Shown here piece by piece: positions 47,218-53,710 of a stretch of DNA of 53,710 nucleotides. Origin of the DNA: an uncultured Bacteroidales bacterium (GTDB taxonomy: Bacteria; Bacteroidota; Bacteroidia; Bacteroidales; Bacteroidaceae); assembly GCA_945837185.1 (NCBI GenBank), contig CAMAMZ010000001.1, positions 1-53,710 of the forward strand, given 5' to 3'. A model generated the notes under the pieces. That model was not told where the DNA came from, made no database searches, and saw only the letters and a list, made by a program, of their open reading frames with translations. Position numbers and translations under genes: made by a program. Numbering within the stretch: the stretch's first letter is position 1; the number at the start of each line of letters is the position of its first letter.

Positions 47218-48546
47218 ATGAAACAAGCATTGATAATCCTCCTTGTGTTTACAGCCGGACAGTCACTGGCTCAGGGCGAGTGGTCCATGCAGCAGTGTAT
47301 GCAGTACGCTGTGGAGCATAACCACGAAGTGAAGCGTGCAGAGCTGGAACTTGACAACTACAAGGCCAGCAAGACTGGAGCCATCGGACGATTCCTGCCT
47401 TCTGTGGATGCCAGCATCGGTGCCCAGTACAACTTCGGACGTGCCATCGACCCTGAGACAAACGGCTATACCGATGTGAGCACCTTCTATAATGGCTACT
47501 CGTTATATGCCTCACTACCTGTCTTCGATGGCTTCAGCCGCATTCATGCTTTGAAAGCCGCCGGGGCCAGTACATTGATGGGGCGAGCCAGCTTGCGCCA
47601 GAAGCAGGATCAGACCGCATTGAATGTCCTGCAAGCTTACACCAATGTTGCCTATTACGAAGGTTTGGTCAAGATGGCTGACGAGAAAGTGCAGGAAACA
47701 GAACTACTACTAAAACAGATACGCCTGTTGGAAGAGGTGGGACGCAAGAGTGCTGCTGATGTGGCTCAGGTAGAATCACAGAAAGCAGAAGCCGACTATG
47801 AGCTGACCCGCCAACAGAATCTCTATGCATCGGCCATGCTGGAACTGAAGAAGACGATGGCTTTCCCCATGCAGGATACGTTGTTGCTGTCAGTCCGTAA
47901 CGTGCGAACTCTAAGTCCGTCAGGTACGAACTCAGAGTCCGCAACGTACGGACTGGGACTCGTACAAGAATTGAATCCGGAACTACAGGCTGCCCAATAT
48001 CAAGTGCAAGCCAGCAAACATGAGTGGCATCAGGCCCGCGCAGCCTTTTATCCATCTCTCTCGTTGAGTGCGGGTCTGAACACCACTTACTATCATACGC
48101 TTCATTCCGATGTTGGAGAGTCATTCAGCAATCAGTTCAATAACAATATGGGTGAATATGTGGGTGCCACATTGAGTATTCCCCTGTTCAATCGCCTGCA
48201 GACCATTACGAGCATACGGAAGGCCAAGAACAACTATCGTATTGCCCAGGAGACATACAAGCAGAAACAGCTGGAGTTGGAGAAACTCAGTCGTGAGGCT
48301 TGGCAGGACTGGCAAGGCTATCTGAAACAGACAGTGCAGATGGTGGAGAAAGTAGAAGCCGACAGCATCGCCTATCAACTGACGAAACGCCAATTTGAAG
48401 AAGGGTTGAGTACGGCTATCGACTTGCGTACCACTTCAGCACAATTGCTGAATTCAAAGGCAACGCTGCTGCAGTGCCAACTGATGGCGATGGTGAAGGA
48501 ACAATTGGTAAGATATTATAACGGAGAAACGATATGGACAGAATAA
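47218..48546 (+). CDS. TolC-family outer membrane efflux protein
   Basis: Signal peptide, WSMQQCMQYAVEHN, two OEP repeats and LSIPLFN. Confidence 0.93.
   Translation: MKQALIILLVFTAGQSLAQGEWSMQQCMQYAVEHNHEVKRAELELDNYKASKTGAIGRFLPSVDASIGAQYNFGRAIDPETNGYTDVSTFYNGYSLYASLPVFDGFSRIHALKAAGASTLMGRASLRQKQDQTALNVLQAYTNVAYYEGLVKMADEKVQETELLLKQIRLLEEVGRKSAADVAQVESQKAEADYELTRQQNLYASAMLELKKTMAFPMQDTLLLSVRNVRTLSPSGTNSESATYGLGLVQELNPELQAAQYQVQASKHEWHQARAAFYPSLSLSAGLNTTYYHTLHSDVGESFSNQFNNNMGEYVGATLSIPLFNRLQTITSIRKAKNNYRIAQETYKQKQLELEKLSREAWQDWQGYLKQTVQMVEKVEADSIAYQLTKRQFEEGLSTAIDLRTTSAQLLNSKATLLQCQLMAMVKEQLVRYYNGETIWTE
47892..47957. repeat. Three tandem 22-bp palindromic units inside tolC
   Basis: AGTCCGTAACGTGCGAACTCTA / AGTCCGTCAGGTACGAACTCAG / AGTCCGCAACGTACGGACTGGG. 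Confidence 0.8.
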
Positions 48547-49787
48547 TAGAAAAGACAAAGTCGCAAAGACTGATGAAGTATTGGCCGTATGCTGCAGGCG
48601 GTGTATTGTTGCTGCTAATAATCTGTTGGCTGGTTTTTGGCAATCACGCCTCTACGCTGAAAGTCAATGCCGATGACCTGACAATGAGTGAGGTAACACG
48701 TGCAGAGTTCAAGGATTATGTGCGCACCAACGGACAGGTAATGCCCATCCAGGTGGTGCAGATCTCGCCCGAGGAGGGTGGCATCGTGATGGAGAAGATA
48801 GTAGAAGAGGGTTCGCACGTCAAAAAGGGCGATGTCATCGTCCGCCTGAGCAACTCGAATCTCGACCTTCAGATTCTGAATGCTGAGGCAGAACTTGCCG
48901 AGAAACAGAATCTGCTGAGAAACACCCAAGTGGCCATGCAGCAAGACCGACTGAATAACCAGACGGAACAGGCTCAGTTGGATATGGACACGCAGCGCAA
49001 ACAGCGCACATTCGAGCAGAACAAACGACTCTATCAGGAGGAACTCATTAGTCGTGAAGACTATATCCAGTCGCAGGAAGACTATCAGCTCTCTGCCAAG
49101 AAACGTTCGTTAGTATCGAAGCGCCTGAAGCAGGACAGCATCTATCGCACAGTTCAGATGGACCAGATGGAAGATAACCTCGACAACATGCGAAAGAACG
49201 TGGTGCTCGTCCGTCAGCGCAAGGATAAGCTCGAAGTACGGGCTAACATCGATGGCGAGTTAGGCCTGTTAGATATTGAACTGGGTCAGAGCATCAGCCC
49301 CGGGCAGAAGATTGGTCAGTTGAACGACCTCTCTGACTATAAGGTGCAAGCACAGATAGACGAACACTACATCGATCGAGTTCGTCAAGGCTTGACGGCT
49401 ACATTTACTCGTGGCGATAAGCAATACCAGTTGCAAGTCCGCAAGGTCTATCCAGAAGTCCGTGAAGGCAAGTTCCGTTGCGACTTCATCTTTCGAGGCG
49501 AGCGTCCTGAGAACATCCGCACAGGCCAGACCTACTACATCGACCTCGAACTGGGACAGCCAGAGCAGGCCGTCCTCATCCCTCGCGGCACGTTCTTCCA
49601 AACCACCGGCGGACAATGGATCTTCGTCCTTGATAAGAGCGGCTCGAAAGCCTATCGCCGCAACATCCGCATAGGCCGTCAGAACCCGCAGTATTACGAA
49701 GTCCTCGAAGGCTTGGAGCCAGGCGAGCGCGTCGTCACCAGCGGCTATGAGGCATTCAAAGACAATGAAGTGTTAGTAATCAAATAG
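48534..49787 (+). CDS. Efflux periplasmic adaptor (HlyD/MFP)
   Basis: N-terminal TM, lipoyl motif GGIVMEKIVEEGSHVKKGD, coiled-coil hairpin and EVLEGLEPGERV. Confidence 0.93.
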   Translation: MDRIIEKTKSQRLMKYWPYAAGGVLLLLIICWLVFGNHASTLKVNADDLTMSEVTRAEFKDYVRTNGQVMPIQVVQISPEEGGIVMEKIVEEGSHVKKGDVIVRLSNSNLDLQILNAEAELAEKQNLLRNTQVAMQQDRLNNQTEQAQLDMDTQRKQRTFEQNKRLYQEELISREDYIQSQEDYQLSAKKRSLVSKRLKQDSIYRTVQMDQMEDNLDNMRKNVVLVRQRKDKLEVRANIDGELGLLDIELGQSISPGQKIGQLNDLSDYKVQAQIDEHYIDRVRQGLTATFTRGDKQYQLQVRKVYPEVREGKFRCDFIFRGERPENIRTGQTYYIDLELGQPEQAVLIPRGTFFQTTGGQWIFVLDKSGSKAYRRNIRIGRQNPQYYEVLEGLEPGERVVTSGYEAFKDNEVLVIK

Positions 49788-49798
49788 ACAATAACAAT

Positions 49799-52177
49799 AT
49801 GAAGAGTTATCTGAAATTCCTGAGTCATCACAGGCTGTTTACCATTATCAATATCGTAGGGCTGTGCCTATCGATGGCATTCCTGCTGTTGCTGGGCGAC
49901 CTTATCTATCGCCAGACAACGGTAGAAAACTACCAGACACGAGGCGACCGTATCTTCGTAGTAGGTAATGAAGAGTTTATGATGTCACACTTCCGTGTGG
50001 GTCAGAAACTGCAAGACCGTTTCCCTGAGATAGAAGACTGGTGTTCCGCATCGGGTATGGAGATGACATTTACCATCAAGGGGCAGGAGGCGAAGACAAA
50101 GACGCTGCTCACAGCGCCAAACTTCTTTGAGTTCTTCGACTACAAGTTACTCAATGGAGATAAGAAGAAGGTGCTCAATGCGCCTAATCATATGGTAGTT
50201 AGCAAGAAGTTTGCTCAGCGTTATTGGCCAGATGGTGATGCTGTAGGCAAAGAAGTCGTTCTTGGCGACGAAAAAGATGCCGACGGACACATTACCTATA
50301 CCGTCAGCGGTGTGATGGACGATTTCGACCGTTCAGTTATCCCTGACACATACGAATGTGTAGTTAATCTGGAGAATCTGCGCCAGCTTCATGCCTCGGC
50401 ATACACTGAGACCATGAACAATGCTGCCAGTTGTGTGCTGTTCCTGATGGAGCGCGAAGGTTGCAACCTTCGTAGTAAGATAAGCGATATGCGCGAATAT
50501 CTGAAGACCTTCTTCTGGATCTATCGGATGGAAGCCGTAAAGGAGTTGACGCTTACCCAGCTCTCTACGCTCTATTACGATGCCAAGGAGTGTTCTTTTG
50601 AGGGTGACGACCTTAATCATGGCAGTCGCGATATGGCTCATCTTTACGTGATAATTGCCTTACTTGTATTGGTGTTCGCCATCTTCAACTATGTAAACCT
50701 GAGCGTGTCGCTTACCACAGAGCGTTCTAAGGAGATGGCAACAAGACGACTGTTGGGTCTGTCTCGCCTGCAAGTCTTTGCAAAACTGATAGGCGAAAGT
50801 ATCCTCTTTACTGCGATGGCTTTCGTCATTGCCTATCTGATGGCACTTTCTCTGCAAGACAAGGCGATGGAAATGGCTAACTGTCCATTGAATTTGCTGA
50901 AGGATACAGGCGTTATTACTATTGTTGCTTTCCTGCTCGGCATCATCCTCGTAGGCTCAATGGCAGGTTTCGCACCAGCCACGATACTCAGCGGCTATCA
51001 GCCTATCGACATAGTACGCGGCACTTTCCGTCGCCGTGTGCGTCAGCGCTGGAGTCATGTGCTGATGGTGATACAGGCCATCTTTGCTATCGTTATGCTA
51101 ACTGTAACTCTCCTGCTCAGCAGCGGCATTCGCGAAAGGATGAACCAGCCACTGGGATATGACGTGGAAAACATCCTTGAGACTTGGGGCATTAATAACC
51201 TCAGCGAAAGTCAGCGGCAGACATTCCGCAGCAAATTGCTCGCAATTCCAGAGGTAGAGGCAGTTGGCTACGGCTATGGCACTCCCGTTGAGGGACTGGA
51301 GAATAATACGACCACCGCCGATGACGGAACAGTGGTCAGCATGCGATATCTGATTGGCGACAGTTGCTTCTACAACATCCTGAATATCCACCCAGAGAGA
51401 ACCTATACAGACAATGGCAGGGGTGTGAACCACCAACTGCTTCGGCAGTTTGGCAAACGCGATGACGAGCGGAAGATAGTAACTGCCAATGAATCCCTAA
51501 ACTTTGAAGTAGCGGCAGTGTATTCTGATTTGGTCTATCAGAACGTGATGAAAGAAGCAGAGCATCCTACACCGTTTATAATTATCAATGCAAAGGAATT
51601 CCATGATGATGTGGAAACCTTTGCGAACAGACAATATGGAAAGCCTCGCCAGGCACTTGTCAAGTATCATGGGAATCGCGAGAAGGTGGAAAAGGCTATG
51701 TCGAGTCTGATGAAAGAACTTACTGGTTATGAAGCTCCAGAAGTCCATTTGCTCAGCCAGAAACACAGGGAGTGGTACAAGGACTATGAGCGGTTCCTCA
51801 GTGTGCTGACGATCTTTACTGCTGTTGCCCTGCTGATTGCCCTGCTCGGTCTGATGGCTATGAACAGCTACTTTGTCAGTCAGCGTCGCCGCGAGATTGC
51901 TATCCGTCGTGTCTTTGGTGCAGAGATTGGCGGCATCACTTTGCGCTTGCTCTTTACTGTAATCATTCAGTCTGTTGTTGCTATGGTTATCGCCATACCG
52001 CTTTCCTGTTGGCTGGCTCCAATGGTCAGCAGCATTTCTGGTCTTACCATCAAGATGGAGTTTATACCACTACTGCTCTCTCTTGTCATCGTGCTCGCCG
52101 TCAACCTGCTTACCGCAGCCTTCCAAGGCTGGCACGCAGCAACCGAGAATCCCATTAATAGTATCAAGAACGAATAG
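49799..52177 (+). CDS. MacB/FtsX-type ABC transporter permease (duplicated architecture)
   Basis: INIVGL, NYVNL...RSKEMATRRLLG, RRREIAIRRVFGA and NPINSIKNE. Confidence 0.94.
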   Translation: MKSYLKFLSHHRLFTIINIVGLCLSMAFLLLLGDLIYRQTTVENYQTRGDRIFVVGNEEFMMSHFRVGQKLQDRFPEIEDWCSASGMEMTFTIKGQEAKTKTLLTAPNFFEFFDYKLLNGDKKKVLNAPNHMVVSKKFAQRYWPDGDAVGKEVVLGDEKDADGHITYTVSGVMDDFDRSVIPDTYECVVNLENLRQLHASAYTETMNNAASCVLFLMEREGCNLRSKISDMREYLKTFFWIYRMEAVKELTLTQLSTLYYDAKECSFEGDDLNHGSRDMAHLYVIIALLVLVFAIFNYVNLSVSLTTERSKEMATRRLLGLSRLQVFAKLIGESILFTAMAFVIAYLMALSLQDKAMEMANCPLNLLKDTGVITIVAFLLGIILVGSMAGFAPATILSGYQPIDIVRGTFRRRVRQRWSHVLMVIQAIFAIVMLTVTLLLSSGIRERMNQPLGYDVENILETWGINNLSESQRQTFRSKLLAIPEVEAVGYGYGTPVEGLENNTTTADDGTVVSMRYLIGDSCFYNILNIHPERTYTDNGRGVNHQLLRQFGKRDDERKIVTANESLNFEVAAVYSDLVYQNVMKEAEHPTPFIIINAKEFHDDVETFANRQYGKPRQALVKYHGNREKVEKAMSSLMKELTGYEAPEVHLLSQKHREWYKDYERFLSVLTIFTAVALLIALLGLMAMNSYFVSQRRREIAIRRVFGAEIGGITLRLLFTVIIQSVVAMVIAIPLSCWLAPMVSSISGLTIKMEFIPLLLSLVIVLAVNLLTAAFQGWHAATENPINSIKNE

Positions 52178-52181
52178 AAAC

Positions 52182-53710
52182 ATGAAGAGTTATTTCAAAT
52201 TCCTGTCGCGCAACAAGGCCTATACCTTTATTAATATAGCAGGCCTGGTGGTATCTCTGATGTTCATTATCCTCATGGGCGACTATGCCTGGAGGCAGTA
52301 CAGCATTGATTCGTGGCACAAGAATGCCGACCGCATCTACCTGACGGGTAATGATGAGGATTTCTTTATGTGGCCGCAGGCTGCACAAGAGATAAAAGAG
52401 ATGTGCCCAGAAGTGGAACAAACGTGTTGCGTGATGAGTCAGAGAGGCCGTATTAAATATGGTCAGCGAGAGGTGAAGGAAGGAGATAAGGAGAATGGCA
52501 TCATCATGCTCACAGACTCTACATTCTTCCGTTTCTTCGATTTCGATCTGCTTGAGGGAGACAAACTGACAGCCCTCAATGCACCTGATAAATGTGTCAT
52601 CACGCAGAGACTGGCCAAGTGACTCTTTGGCGAAAAGAATCCCATCGGTGAGGCCTTGCAGATTGTTGGTCAACGCTCTGTCTTCATGAACAATGAAGAT
52701 CCGTATGACTCGACGCTGGTCTATATCGTCGGCGGCATCGTGAAGGATTTCGACCGCACAGTCCTGCCCAATGAGACGCAACTCATTGCCAGCATGGAGC
52801 GTTTCCCTCAGGTGATGGGCTATACGCTTAGACCCCATTCCTTTGCTTCTGGGCAGACAGGTGCCTGTAAGGCATTTCTCATGCTGAAATCAGGCGCTTC
52901 ACTTGATGCCAAGAAAAAAGTGATAGAAGACTATCTGGCCAAGAATTACATGTGGGCACATATGGACAATCATGAGTTCATCGCAACACCACTGACAGAC
53001 ATCATGTTTGCACCTCAGAACAATGGCTATGGCATGCAGAAAGGGGACAAGACGAGACTTCACATCCTTTTGGCAGCCGTTTTGGCCATCCTATTCTTTG
53101 CCGTCAGCAACTACATCAACCTGACGGTAGCGAATACAGGCTTTCGCGCCAAGGAGATGGCTACGCGACGGCTATTTGGCAGTAGTCAGTGCCAAATCTC
53201 GCTGAAACTGATTGCAGAATCGACGTTGATGATAACCGTTGCCTTCCTCTTGGGTCTTGCTTTGGCATTCGGTTTTCAGGACGATGCTGCAGAACTCTTC
53301 AGAGGCAAGATAGCCTTGCTCAATGATGTCAGCGTCAGCACGGTGAGCGTCTGCCTAGGTTTCATCCTGCTCGTAGACATTATCTCTGGCATTATGCACT
53401 CGTATCAGATTTCCCGCTTCCAACCCATTGACATTGTGAAAGGCAACTTCCGCTACCACTCCAAGATGGTAATGGGGCGGTTGTTCATCATTGTGCAGAA
53501 TGTCGTTACGGTCACGATGCTCACAGCAGCCCTCGTCATCTGGCTACAACTAAATCACCTCATTCACGCACCCTTAGGCTTCAATACAGAACGACTCTAT
53601 TATGTGAACGTGCCAGAGGGCAAGAGCCAGACAGTCAGGAGCCAATTAGAGAAGATGCCCTTCGTAGAGCGCATCGGTGAGTATAGCGGAACAACCTTTG
53701 TCACCTACAG
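52182..53710 (+). pseudogene. Second MacB/FtsX permease interrupted by an in-frame TGA at 52620-52622; runs off window
   Basis: MKSYFKFLSRNK...ITQRLAK*LFGEKNPIGE; the same frame stays open to the window end and includes NYINL...RAKEMATRRLFG. Confidence 0.85.

Noticed and set aside
47892-47957. Possible mini-CRISPR array
   Set aside because: Units are contiguous with only 3-bp spacers, lie inside a CDS and have no cas genes nearby.
51975-52181. Upstream extension of the second permease ORF
   Set aside because: It overlaps the first permease; the MKSY start at 52182 mirrors the paralog's start.
52620-52622. Selenocysteine or genetic-code reassignment of TGA
   Set aside because: The position is not Cys-like, I see no convincing SECIS, many genes here end in TGA and prfB is intact.

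Overview
Core-genome window of a Bacteroidota organism, most likely Prevotellaceae, judged from gene order and repeated TAnnTTTG promoter boxes. From left to right it holds the first 15 codons of a probable KilA-N gene (cut by the window edge), a Ser-type sulfatase, a DEAD-box helicase, gpmI-ung-DUF3109, an AraC regulator, a non-catalytic rhamnosidase-like protein, gyrB, rpsT, tRNA-Glu and recO. Next comes the dcw cluster (mraZ to ftsZ), followed by a glycine-lipid acyltransferase pair, dgt, dut-TPR-DUF4292-envC, argE, an acyl-CoA synthetase and a frameshift-free prfB. Then come an unannotated 46-aa membrane peptide, CYTH, VanZ, two tandem SNF transporters and an HhH protein. An accessory module closes the window: a minimised kinase/regulator pair divergent from TolC, an MFP and two ABC permeases, the second with an in-frame TGA. 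The most unusual signals are (1) a GAATTC-centred palindrome abutting the KilA-N start codon that translates on both strands into the family's own internal variable motif, (2) an NtrC-like regulator lacking the whole AAA+ domain but keeping paired 17-bp sites beside sigmaA-type promoters, and (3) three 22-bp palindromic repeats embedded in-frame in tolC. No CRISPR array, rRNA or intact transposase was seen. All family assignments come from motif recognition, not database searches.
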